Assembly (NCBI GenBank): GCA_030141605.1
Contig: JAQGDQ010001503.1
Coordinates: forward strand, 1 to 37,753
Origin: Tubiluchus corallicola
Taxonomy: Eukaryota; Animalia; Priapulida
Reading direction: 5' to 3'
DNA: 37,753 bases
The notes under the pieces were generated by a model. That model worked only from the letters and a program-made list of their open reading frames with translations. It was not told where the DNA came from and made no database searches. The stretch's first letter is position 1. Each line of letters opens with the position of its first letter. The position numbers and the translations under genes were made by a program. Below, piece by piece: positions 20,407 to 32,439 of the stretch.

Positions 20407-22431
20407 GTGTAAGCCTGTCATCACATCGTTTTTCATACTGGCACAAAAGTGTTTTAAAACGAAGATGTTTGTGCTTCTTAAGAACCAACGAAAGACACTG
20501 GGACACTTAACGGATAGCCTAGAAGTGTAAGCCTGTCATCACATTGTTTTTCATACTGGCACAAAAGTGTTTTAAAACGAAGATGTTTGTGCTTCTTAAG
20601 AACCAACGGAAGACGCTGAGACACTTAGCGGATAGCCTAGAAGTGTAAGCCTTTCATCACATTGTTTTTCATACTGGCACAAAAGTGTTTTAAAACAAAG
20701 ACGTCTGTGCTTCTTAAGAACCAACGGAAGACGCTGAGACACTTAACGGATAGCCTAGAAGTGTAAGCCTTTCATCACATTGTTTTTCATACTGGCACAA
20801 AAGTGTTTTAAAACGAAGATGTTTGTGCTTCTTAAGAACCAACGGAAGACGCTGAGACACTTAACGGATAGCCTAGAAGTGTAAGCCTTTCATCACATTG
20901 TTTTTCATACTGGCACAAAAGTGTTTTAAAACAAAGATGTTTGTGCTTCTTAAGAACCAACGGAAGACGCTGAGACACTTAGCGGATAGCCTAGAAGTGT
21001 AAGCTGTAAGCCTTTCATCACATTGTTTTTCATACTGGCACAAAAGTGTTTTAAAACGAAGATGTTTGTGCTTCTTAATAACCAACGGAAGACGCTGAGA
21101 CACTTAACGGATAGCTTAGAAGTGTAAGCTGTAAGCCTTTCATCACATTGTTTTTCATACTGGCACAAAAGTGTTTTAAAACGAAGATGTTTGTGCTTCT
21201 TAAGAACCAACGGAAGGCATTGAGACACTTAACGGATAGCCTAGAAGTGTAAGCCTGTCATCACATTGTTTTCCATACTGGCACAAAAGTGTTTCAAAAC
21301 GAAGACGTCTGTGCTTCTTAAGAACCAATGGAAGGCATTGAGACACTTAACGGATAGCCTAGAAGTGTAAGCCTTTCATCACATTGTTTTCCATACTGGC
21401 ACAAAAGTGTTTTAAAACAAAGATGTTTGTGCTTCTTAAGAACCAACGGAAGACGCTGAGACACTTAGCGGATAGCCTAGAAGTGTAAGCCTTTCATCAC
21501 ATTGTTTTTCATACTGGCACAAAAGTGTTTCAAAACGAAGACGTTTGCGCTTCTTAAGAACCAACGGAAGACACTGGGACACTTAACGGATAGCCTAGAA
21601 GTGTAAGCCTGTCATCACATTGTTTTACATACTGGCACAAAAGTGTTTTAAAACGAAGACGTTTGTGCTTCTTAAGAACCACCAGAAGACATTGAGACAC
21701 TTAACGGATAGCCTAGAAGTGTAAGCCTTTCATCACATTGTTTTTCATACTGGCACAAAAGTGTTTTAAAACAAAGATGTTTGTGCTTCTTAAGAACCAA
21801 CGGAAGACGCTGAGACACTTAACGGATAGCCTAGAAGTGTAAGCCTTTCATCACATTGTTTTTCATACTGGCACAAAAGTGTTTCAAAACGAAGACGTTT
21901 GCGCTTCTTAAGAACCAACGGAAGACACTGGGACACTTAACGGATAGCCTTGAAGTGTAAGCTGTAAGCCTTTCATCACATTGTTTTTCATACTGGCACA
22001 AAAGTGTTTTAAAACAAAGATGTTTGTGCTTCTTAAGAACCAACGGAAGACACTGAGACACTTAGCGGATAGCCTAGAAGTGTAAGCCTTTCATCACATT
22101 GTTTTTCATACTGGCACAAAAGTGTTTCAAAACGAAGACGTTTGCGCTTCTTAAGAACCAACGGAAGACACTGAGACACTTAGCGGATAGCCTAGAAGTG
22201 TAAGCCTTTCATCACATTGTTTTTCATACTGGCACAAAAGTGTTTCAAAACGAAGACGTTTGCGCTTCTTAAGAACCAACGGAAGACACTGAGACACTTA
22301 GCGGATAGCCTAGAAGTGTAAGCCTTTCATCACATTGTTTTTCATACTGGCACAAAAGTGTTTCAAAACGAAGATGTTTGTGCTTCTTAACAACCAACGG
22401 AAGACGCTGAGACATTTAGCGGATAGCCTAG
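20407..22431. repeat. 118-bp tandem repeat, 17 copies (three carry a 7-bp tgtaagc duplication, giving 125 bp)
   Basis: Unit starts 20407, 20525, 20643 ... 22316. The 125-bp variants start at 20997, 21122 and 21955. Confidence 0.97.
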
Positions 22432-22741
22432 ACCAGAAAACGTTCTACAGGCTTAAGACATTCAGCCACTAATATCCACAGTAGACTGTCATCCAGATAA
22501 ATGCCAAGAAAAGCAATTTGAAAAGAGTTGTAGCAGCTTCCATTAACACTTTCCAAGTAACCAGCGTGGTCTGCGGAGATGTTAGTTGTCGCTAGGCGCC
22601 ACTAAACGGACATTTTATGACTGCATTAAGAAAAGCCATTAAATTTTCCAATTAAATTACGGATCAGCAAAATTTTAGGCAAGAAAGTTTTGCTAACAAC
22701 ACAACATTAAATGCATATTTAATTCATTAATTAATTATAAA

Positions 22742-23165
22742 CAGGGTTCCCACAGAGTTTTAAAATAAATTTCCTTGACCAAATATTGATTTTCCATGAC
22801 CAAGATAAGCAGAAATTGCATTACCAGTATACGTATTCAAACATTTTTGTATATGGACAAAATGCACATTCATACATATACTGATATACAATGTGTCAGG
22901 CAATCATTATTTTTGGAACAGAAATCATAACTGGTAACCTGCCATAGCAAAAATTTGATTTGAAAACGAATCCCTGGAAAATATGTTTGCAAAAATATCG
23001 GTTCACGGTGCTTATTTTTCCAACCCTTTCCAATTTCCCCGACTTTTCGCCCCATTTTCATACTCTTCCCTGACATTTTACCAAATTATCTTTTTCCCTG
23101 AGTTTTCCATGACTTTCCAGGATAGCCTGTACTTTCAAGGATTTTCCCTGACCGTGGGAACCCTG
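22742..23165. mobile_element. MITE with TIR CAGGGTTCCCAC and 6-bp TSD TATAAA
   Basis: cagggttcccac at 22742 and gtgggaaccctg ending at 23165. tataaa at 22736-22741 and 23166-23171. Internal tttcc(a/c)tgac repeats. Confidence 0.85.
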
Positions 23166-23325
23166 TATAAAGCAGGTTTTCTTCGTTTAAAGGTTTTTTT
23201 TACACAAATCGCTCCTGAATTAATGCTATTGGCCATTTAACGTATTAAAAGGGATTGTAACATACTCGAATCGAAAATATGATTGAAGTCCAGAAAAATA
23301 AAACGGTTATAACTTATATGGAATT

Positions 23326-24225
23326 TACATTCTATATAATGCAGTAACTCAGACAGTGCTACATTCTATATAATGCAGTAACTCAGATAGTGCTACATTC
23401 TATATAATGCAGTAACTCAGACAGTGCTACATTCTATATAATGCAGTAACTCAGACAGTGCTACATTCTATATAATGCAGTAACTCAGACAGTGCTACAT
23501 TCTATATAATGCAGTAACTCAGACAGTGCTACATTCTATATAATGCAGTAACTCAGACAGTGCTACATTCTATATAATGCAGTAACTCAGACAGTGCTAC
23601 ATTCTATATAATGCAGTAACTCAGACAGTGCTACATTCTATATAATGCAGTAACTCAGACAGTGCTACATTCTATATAATGCAGTAACTCAGACAGTGCT
23701 ACATTCTATATAATGCAGTAACTCAGACAGTGCTACATTCTATATAATGCAGTAACTCAGACAGTGCTACATTCTATATAATGCAGTAACTCAGATAGTG
23801 CTACATTCTATATAATGCAGTAACTCAGATAGTGCTACATTCTATATAATGCAGTAACTCAGATAGTGCTACATTCTATATAATGCAGTAACTCAGACAG
23901 TGCTACATTCTATATAATGCAGTAACTCAGACAGTGCTACATTCTATATAATGCAGTAACTCAGACAGTGCTACATTCTATATAATGCAGTAACTCAGAC
24001 AGTGCTACATTCTATATAATGCAGTAACTCAGACAGTGCTACATTCTATATAATGCAGTAACTCAGATAGTGCTACATTCTATATAATGCAGTAACTCAG
24101 ACAGTGCTACATTCTATATAATGCAGTAACTCAGACAGTGCTACATTCTATATAATGCAGTAACTCAGACAGTGCTACATTCTATATAATGCAGTAACTC
24201 AGATAGTGCTACATTCTATATAATG
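23326..24225. repeat. 34-bp minisatellite, ~26.5 copies (tacattctatataatgcagtaactcagayagtgc)
   Basis: Period 34, with a single C/T variant site. Confidence 0.98.
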
Positions 24226-24491
24226 GTTATAAATGGTAGTGTGCTGGCTGGCTGGAACGGAATTTTCAATTAGCTGGCAGGTAGTTTTTTGAGCAAACAC
24301 GCTAATAGCTTTGCGCTCAGCTCTGCAACTAATGAACGTGTGGAGCTGGTGAGAGATGCTCGCATGATTGCCAGCCTCCGCATCTTTTACAACGTGAGAT
24401 GGTCTACGGTGTATCGAATATGTAACTAGCTGAGATATGCTCGTTATAATATGAACACTTGCAAGCACGTTATAGTCAAGGGGTTCCACAT

Positions 24492-24795
24492 TCTCCTCTC
24501 CTTCTCAGTCACAGTTTCCCTTCCTCCATCTCTCTCTCTCTCTCCTCTCTCTCCCTCCCCCCTCTCTCTCTCCCCCCCCCTCTCTCTCCCTCCCTGCCCC
24601 CCTCTCTCTCTCTCTCTCCCCCTTCCTGCCTGCCTGCCTCCCTCCCCCTCTCCCTCTTCTCTCTCTCCCTTCCTGCCTGCCTCCCTCCCTCCATCTCTCT
24701 CTCTCTGTTTCTCCTCACTTTCTCTCTCTCTCCACCTTTTTATCTCTCTTCTCTCTCTCCTTCGTTCTCTCTCTCTCTCTCTCTTTTCTCTCCCT

Positions 24796-24862
<67 letters not shown>

Positions 24863-24875
24863 TCTCTCTCTTTTC
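24492..24875. repeat. (TC)n-rich tract
   Basis: Direct inspection. Confidence 0.95.
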
Positions 24876-25395
24876 TTTGTTTCCCTGTCGTCTTAATAAT
24901 AACGAATCATTGACCTCGAATCAGTCTCACAAACTCGAGGTATAATAAAATAGAGAGCTGATAATAAAAAAATTGCTTGAATTGAATTGAACTGAATTTT
25001 TTATTTATCTCCTACTACACAACATACAGCAAAGTGTTAGTGGCAAAGTAGTAGTAGTTAACATGAGAGATGGGGTGGAGAAACACCCTACTGAGCATCC
25101 ACCCCTCACTCATAACACTATGCGATAAAAGTATAAGTTAGTGGGGTTAGTATTTAAGTAACTTATTTTTCTTATTTATTAGAATTCTTATGATTTGTCA
25201 ACAACACCGTAAACGTAAAATAACAAAACGGCAACGGTACGTAATAAATGAAGTGAACGATGCAAAAATAATAAAGTCAGAAAATATTTCAAATTACGAT
25301 AACAATATCAATACAGACAGTCAAAAAAATAAAAAAATCACCAAAATAATTATATAGGGAGAAGTTACTTCAATCAGCAATCATAACTGTAAGCA

Positions 25396-25396
<1 letters not shown>

Positions 25397-25427
<31 letters not shown>

Positions 25428-25545
25428 GTGCAACTGTGCATATATATGAATGAATGTGTACGTATGTATAAATCAACTGTCATAATTAACTCCTATATAC
25501 ACATATACATACGTACATGTATATAAATTCATATATATGCACAGT
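25397..25545. repeat. (TA)n-rich low-complexity tract with inverted ends (tgtgcaactgtgcatatatatgaat ... attcatatatatgcacagttgcaca)
   Basis: Direct inspection. About 25427-25451 pairs with about 25527-25551. Confidence 0.8.
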
Positions 25546-25611
25546 TGCACACATACTCGCAAAAGATTAAGATATAATTTCCTGATATAAAATGCATCAT
25601 TCTTAAATAAT

Positions 25612-25816
25612 CGTACATTAATATTTACTAACCGTCATTTTTTACTAATGTCTAATGTATCACTGTAGTAAAACTTTAGTATACTAAAAACTAAGTAAAG
25701 TCTCTTCTTACTGTAAATGTTCTTGTAAATAGTGTATAAAGTCTGTTGAGGTGAGGATCCTAAATCATGTTGTTCAAACTGTCTGATCTAATCCTAAATA
25801 AATTATGTTTAAACTA
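25612..25816 (+). mobile_element. LINE/SINE 3' end, same family as 13836-14122
   Basis: Colinear similarity from cgtacattaatattt to aataaattatgtttaaactaa. Confidence 0.75.
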
Positions 25817-26010
25817 AAAGATTAAGATTAATATGTTCACTTAGGTATGCAAACATTAAAATACATAGAGATCGGTTATCAAATTGTTGCAAATTTTCTC
25901 CTATTTACAATTATAAATAAACCATACTTACTTGTCAACAAGAAATTCACAAATGGACGAACCTCCTCGTTCCATGAATTGCTTCTTGGGATGCATTGAG
26001 CGACCGGGCA

Positions 26011-26512
26011 GCTTCCATGGAAGATCTCAGTATTTCCAGAACTACACGTAGCTACGGCAGTAAAACCACTGTATAATTGCACAAAAGTCCACAGTCAAAG
26101 ACAGCTCTATTTCCAAAGTCTCTATAGACAACTCACTATGCTTCCATGAAAGATCTCAGTATTTCCAGAACTGCACGTAGCTACGGCAGTAAAACCACTG
26201 TTTAATCGCACAAAAGTCTACAGTCAAAGACAGCTCCATTTCCAAAGTCTCTATAGACAACTCACTATGCTTCAATGAAAGATCTCAGTATTTCCAGAAC
26301 TGCACGTAGCTACAGCAGTAAAGCCACTGTTTAATTGCACAAAAGTCTACAGTCAAAGACAGCTCTATTTCCAAAGTCTCTATAGACAACTCACTATGCT
26401 TCCATGGAAGATCTCAGTATTTCCAGAACTGCACGTAGCTACAGCAGTAAAACCACTGTTTAATTGCACAAAAGTCTACAGCCAAAAACAGCTCTATTTC
26501 CAAAGTCTCTAT
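26011..26512. repeat. 129-bp tandem repeat, ~3.9 copies
   Basis: Unit starts 26011, 26140, 26269 and 26398. Confidence 0.95.
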
Positions 26513-26875
26513 CAGTCTTTTTCTGATCAAAATCACACTTGGGAACAACACATCCGATCGTCAATAAAGCTTGAATGTACACTGGCAAGCCTGTTAGTAA
26601 TGACTAGCATAAAACTGGGCTTGAAAAACGTCTGTGTTTGTTCACAGCGCGCTGGTATATGTAGCCGGTAAGTCCCATAATTCTCATTCGCGTGTGATTA
26701 AGCGATAAAACACTTAAAAGCAATGTGTGTACTCTGTGTGTAATGCTAACAAGAGGGGGGAGAGTTTAATCCGTTTTTAGGCTTCCTGTATGAGCTTCCG
26801 TAACAGCACTTACTGATGCCGGTGGGTGTACATCTCACTCGGTGGAAGAGCTTGCAATTAAAAGATTCCACTTAA

Positions 26876-27543
26876 AGGAGAGGTCAAGTCTTCTGGGAAG
26901 TTAGGCTTATTTCAATGTTCGCGAAAAATGTTACAAGGGTTTAATAATAAGCGCCTCTACTAATTAGTAAAATTACTTTAGGGTTGCGATCATTTCGCGC
27001 TTGGGTACTCCCAATTTGAACGCCCATTCTTCCACCAATGACGTCATTCATTTGATTTTCATTTCATTTCATTGAATTTTCATCAGAAGTGTAAGGTTTT
27101 ACAAAAAAAATAGATTTCATGAACATTAGGTAAGCTGTACAAGTTTGAATTTGTTTAAGCAGCACGCGCTTACAGAAAGCCACGACGCGCTTACGAAATG
27201 TCACAAAGTCCACCAGTTACATCATCATTTTCAAGTGAATGGCGACGACCACCACCACGTGAAAATTTCTATACAGCGGCAGTATAAATTAACTTTATGC
27301 TATACAGACAATTTTTTGCAAATTTTTGTTATATATTTTTTGAAATTCAAGTGATAATAGTAAAACAAACCCAGCACGCTAAGTGACTTGTTCTCTCATT
27401 TAGCACACCACAAACAGTTTAGGTGGTAACAGTAAAATAAACCCAGCACGCTAAGTGACTTGTTCTCTCATTTAGCACACCACAAACAGTTTAAGTGATA
27501 ACAGTAAAACAAACCCAACACGCTAAGTGACTTGACCTTTCCT
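26876..27543 (+). mobile_element. Kolobok-like family C element with 15-bp TIRs; 72-bp tandem repeat (~2.5 copies, about 27349-27534) at its right end
   Basis: TTAA at 26872-26875 and 27544-27547. TIR aggagaggtcaagtc / gacttgacctttcct (1 mismatch). Confidence 0.8.
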
Positions 27544-27690
27544 TTAACAAACTAAGTACGTAGAGCAATGATGCAAGTTACAATGTTACTCAAAACTAAT
27601 CAGTAATGTAATCAAAAAGTCAACCACTATGAACTTATGTAAGAGTGGTACTTATGTAAGATACTATCATACTCTAGTATGCTTTGGTAT

Positions 27691-28495
27691 TATAGGTTTT
27701 ACACGTCAAATGTAGACACACGAAAGTTCAAATGTGACTTACGTAAGTCAAATGTAGACAGGAATTTCGAATGTGTTTTGGTAACTCAAATGTGACTTAG
27801 GTAAGTCAAATGTAGACACAGGAAAGTTCAAATGTGACTTAGGTAAGTCAAATGTAGACATAGGAATTTCGAATGTGTTTTGGTAACTCAAATGTGACTT
27901 AGGTAAGTCAAATGTAGATGCGGTACTTTGAATAAATGGGTAATTAGCTCATTTAAGTGCAAATTACAAAAAGATAAACCAAAGATAGTCATCACCTCTT
28001 TCATAACTTTGAAAAATGTGTTGTTTATCCCTTCCTAATGAACACTGAATCACTAATTAGTTTTTTAAGTAATGCACTAGCACTGCATTAATGAATTAGT
28101 TTCTCTCAAGAAACATTGTTTATTTTAAGAATTTATTGTTTTCTCTAACAGTTCCAATAGTATGTAAAGTTTACAGAATAATAGTGAACTATTAGTAGGC
28201 CTATAAAGTTATTATTTTCACAGCAATTATTAAATTAAGATTAAAGGAGATTAAATTTAACATCCTTAAGCTTTATCACCTATCCGCATTTGAGATACCA
28301 ATGTCACATTTGACTTGACATGTGTCACATTTGACTTACCAAAAGCGCTCAAGATTTCTTGAAAACCATTGTTAACACATTTGAACTACCTAAATGTACA
28401 TTTGAGTTACCAACACACATTTGAACTACCTAAGTCTACATTTGAGTTACCAAGACACATTTGAATTACCTAAATCTTGACATGTAAAACCTATA
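27691..28495. mobile_element. Foldback-type MITE (~800 bp) with modular subterminal repeats
   Basis: tataggttttacacgtcaa ... ttgacatgtaaaacctata (19 bp, 1 mismatch, including a probable TA/TATA target). The left arm has many tcaaatgt motifs and the right arm many acatttga motifs. Confidence 0.85.
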
Positions 28496-29175
28496 TCACA
28501 TCTTTGGCTGTGCAGTCTACATAAACAAATGAAAAAAATGTGATGAAATTACGATTATCGATTGTCAAAATGTGGTATTGTATTACGTCACTGAATTTCG
28601 CTCATTTCTTTAACAGCACAAAAAAAGAAATTATCAAACCTCACAAGTTTTATGACTAATTCTGAAGCTTCCTTGCATTAAAACGTGAGTGTCTCTTACA
28701 CCAAAAACCTTCATTATATGTCAGACAACTTCAACAGACTGAAGATCGAAAAGAACACTTCATGACGGAACAGCGGCGCGTAGGCGTTTTCATCAATGAT
28801 TATCCAATTGCCCTCTTTATCAACCCATCATTATCTTAATTAACCTCAAAAACCCTTTCAAAAATTGCCGCTGGCGGGACCAGATCAGAACAACCTTTTG
28901 CAGTCTGTTTGTCTGTCTGTTTCGCAAGCTGCTCCTATAGTTGCGCCTAAAATAACAGACAGATGGTCGCGAATAAATTAATTTACTGAATGGGATGCGT
29001 TTCCACAGGAGGACAACCCATACGGGCAAGGGTGTCGTTACAGCATATTAATAAGCGTGTATTTCATATGAGCAGTAGAGCACTTGTTCCAATAACAGCC
29101 CAGCGGGGACCTCAACAATCGATTCTGAAAGCTATTTCCAACGTTACGACCACGAATAAGGTGTTTCCGGTGTAG

Positions 29176-29811
29176 AAACTCAAAACTCGTAGTATTAAGA
29201 TGATTAAGAAAGCATACTGCACGTATTTTATTAAATTCACAGCCGTCAATAACTAGAATAAAATAAGTGCCCAAGTAAAAATGCACAAAACTATTTATAG
29301 TTTCAAAAAGTACTTGAAATGGACCATTTTTGATTCATACTTATAATACAATTTTAATGGTTCCATGTCTCATGCAGTCGCAATATATGGCCTCCAATCA
29401 ATTATAATGCTATTTTAATATAGCTCTGTGTAAATTAAACATACACTGTGGTCGTTTCTTCTCCTCTTTTCCTTCTTCCTATCCCTAATCTTACTATTTT
29501 TTCCATTCCATCATGTCTACTTACCCTAACCATTCTTTCATTCACTCATCCTCCCCTACCTTCTTTCTTCCTATTTCTAATCTTACTATTTTTTCCATTC
29601 CATCATGTCTACTAACCCTAACCATTCTTTCATTCACTCATTTCTGCCACCCTAACAAGCCAAACTTTCAAGGTGTCATACAGCAACTCTTTTATTTGGT
29701 TAATTTGACTTCATCAACGTATTTTACCTATACTATTTCTTTTTGTTTCAATAATATTGTATGTTGATGTATTGTATATGTATTGCTGGAGTGAAATAAA
29801 TTGATTGATTT
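29176..29811 (+). mobile_element. 5'-truncated CR1/L2-group LINE 3' end
   Basis: Reads YFIKFTAVNN*NKISAQVKMHKTIYSFKKYLKWTIFDSYL*, an ORF2 C-terminal WN...SFKxxLK pattern with W changed to stop. Ends aataaattgattgatt. Internal ~65-bp duplication at about 29484 and 29577. Confidence 0.7.
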
Positions 29812-30299
29812 TGGCAAATATCTACCACAAAGCGTACTGCTGACAAAAATGATTACATTACCATACCACACGCATTAATACACATCGCAGGCAATCATCG
29901 TTCGGCCTCACCACAAGCAATACCACCTCCTCGCGGGACTATCAGATATCTAAAGTCACTCCCAGTCGAGTAAACAGGACTAGCGAGTAGAGGTGTCGGA
30001 TAAATTAAACTCGGCCGCTCTGTAGGCGGTTAAATACTCCGAGAGATCAGACTCCGGACAGTCAAACAATTCTGTTTTCTCAAGCAGCGAAGCGTAGGCA
30101 CTTGATACTTGTTCTGGAAAGTGGCCAGTAGTCGATTTTCAAGAGCGCAGCGACGTCAGTTGAAATTGCGAACAGTAGCGCTAGTGAACAAAAGAGCATT
30201 CAACATTGCAACAGCAAAAGGGCACGTTTCACACTCTTGCTTAAAATCAATGTACATTAGAAGCTGATAGCTGAGTTTAGCATTTGATAGTATGTATAA

Positions 30300-30793
30300 A
30301 TTATTATTATAACTCTATTTCATTATATATATTAGCATAAATATATACATAAATTCCCTCTATTTGCAGGGACCAGTATGAACATTATTATTTGTCCGAA
30401 AATAATTACAATTATCCCTTTTAATATCACTGGTGACTATGATAACAGTAAAACATTTATATACAAAAACATATCAACAACTACAAGCAACATTTAAATT
30501 TATATTTACCTAATTTTATAAATAACTCTTGCTTTTATATTTTCATTGACGGGTAGCAATCTAATTATATAAAATGACAGTAACCGGACTTCACATTTTT
30601 AAAACTAAACTCCACGTTTTTTCGGCTATATTTTCCTCTTCAGCATTTTTAACAATTTCTGCAAACGTATCAATAGCATTTCAACTTCTTATTCTGTAGA
30701 TATCCCTAAGTTGCCTAGATGGAAATGCAGCTACAAGTTTCCTTCTGAGTTCGTCTTTTATTAGAGGACAGTTAAAAATTATATGTTCTTTAT
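30300..30793 (-). mobile_element. LINE ORF2 C-terminal fragment (zinc-knuckle remnant) plus 3'UTR
   Basis: Minus strand reads KEHIIFNCPLIKDELRRKLV...IAEKTWSLVLKM*. EHxxxxCP is the end of the CCHC motif found in several non-LTR clades. One internal stop. Confidence 0.55.
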
Positions 30794-31299
30794 ACATATG
30801 CCAGTATGTATAAAGAGGTTCTATGTAATAATTATCTACAGATTCAAACTTTTCCAATAGCCCAAATCAGCTTCACTATAAACAGTGAGCGACATAGATA
30901 TATAAACAAACGACGATATATTGTATTTCCAGTGACCAGTGGTCAATTTTCAAGACAGCCAAGACGCCAGTTCAAAATGCGAACAGTAGAACAAAAAGAG
31001 AAGCTCAGAGGAAGAATAGATCTATGCAAAGAACCAAAGCATAAAAAACTACGAGTAGGCTGGATTTGAACCAAGGTTTTCATGATCTGTGCCACCAAGC
31101 TACGTCCAGGTAGAGAAAATGCAAAGTCTAAATGCAAAAAGCGAAGTTCTATAACCTTCTGTGAACAATGCTTTAAACCAATCAGAATCGCCCATGCAGC
31201 AATACGGTAGAATTAACATCGATGCATATCTCACGCATTAACCTAATCGCAGGTTTTCCTCCCAATACAATCAGTGAATCATCAGCATCCTGCTTATTT

Positions 31300-31460
31300 A
31301 TAAATGGCTTCGTGGCTTCCTTCTCGAGAAGCCAAAGATTGTCACATCCGCATCAACAATAAACCTGCACACGCGCTCGCCTGAACTGTTCCGCTCGATT
31401 TCAGAGAGCTCACGAGCAGATGTGTGGCGTACCACAGGGCTGCACTTTGGGTCCCTCGTG
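31300..31460 (+). mobile_element. Ancient LINE reverse-transcriptase fragment
   Basis: KWLRGFL...RSQR...INN with frameshifts, followed by CGVPQGCTLGP at 31423-31455. This follows the WxxSFLxxRxQxV...GVPQGSxLGP order of non-LTR RTs. Confidence 0.65.
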
Positions 31461-31900
31461 ACCTGGCACATAAAACAACTGCTCAATGTTTTGGCTTCCC
31501 ATGGCACGTGCAGACGCGTGTTTAGGACACGAGTCGTATCTTCATGAACAAAGAAAGTGGCACGTCAGCTGAACATTTATGGATGTGGTTTACTTACGAG
31601 ATATTGCAAGTCGAGCATTGCAGAAAGTGGCGCAGAGCTGTTTGGCTTCTGAGCTGCTAATAACGAACAGGAAATTCGACTTTAATGAACAGCGCTCTTT
31701 CCCTTAATAACCACCGTGGTATGGCGGCTTCCTAAGTTACTGTTGTCACAATAAACGTGATCAAAGTTAATGAAAATTTGTAATTAGTAGCATTAATTTT
31801 GAAGCAAAAGTTACATACCTAAGATCGCATATAAAATAATGCAATAAATTTTACTTCATGGGTCAGAATGTATCAGGATTAAAAAAATTAAGCTACTTAA

Positions 31901-32352
31901 AGGACAACTAAAGGGGCACCTGAAGTAGGTTTCAGAAAATCCCCTTAAAAATTATATTACTTTATGGCAATTTTATGTGTATATCACATTTGCATTAAAA
32001 GGAATTTTTGTTTCTCTAGCAGCTATACTGCTCCGAAGTCGCCATTACATGACGTCACTACGCAAACGTAGATCAGGGGAAGAAAAGGCAATGTTAAATT
32101 ATGTCCCAAAAAACTTTCCATGCAAATCTATATTACTTAGCTTTACGCTTTACTTGCTGGAAAGACTTATGTAACTAGAAAAGAAAATTGCTTCAAATGA
32201 CCTGTCGTCATTTGGCTGAGTCTAACGGTCATTGCGGGAGTTTAAAGTGCTGCATGTAAAAAGGCTGCACAGGATCCTTAAAGCACGTAAGTCATATAAA
32301 ATCTCAAGACGAATTTTTTAAGCGTTGTGTTGATGACGGGTTTTCTTGTGCT
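31901..32352 (+). mobile_element. Kolobok-like family B copy (internally deleted)
   Basis: TTAA at 31897-31900 and 32353-32356. Termini aggacaa...ttgtgct. Colinear with 9952-10593. Confidence 0.82.
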
Positions 32353-32382
32353 TTAAATTTATAGAATTAGCAGTGAATACTT

Positions 32383-32391
32383 AGTAAGTAC

Positions 32392-32439
<48 letters not shown>

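Noticed and set aside
20873-22061. Repeated ORFs (MSQCLPLVLKKHKHL...)
   Set aside because: Products of the 118-bp array. The period is not a multiple of three and stops recur.
28735-28760. CTGAAGA-TC-GAAA resembling a hammerhead ribozyme core
   Set aside because: No stem II, and no pairing for stems I or III with a cleavage triplet. Other CTGATGA hits (about 6285, 6466) also lack the fold.
31040-31105. tRNA gene
   Set aside because: The A-box to B-box spacing is too short (19 nt) and there is no acceptor or anticodon stem. At most a SINE remnant.
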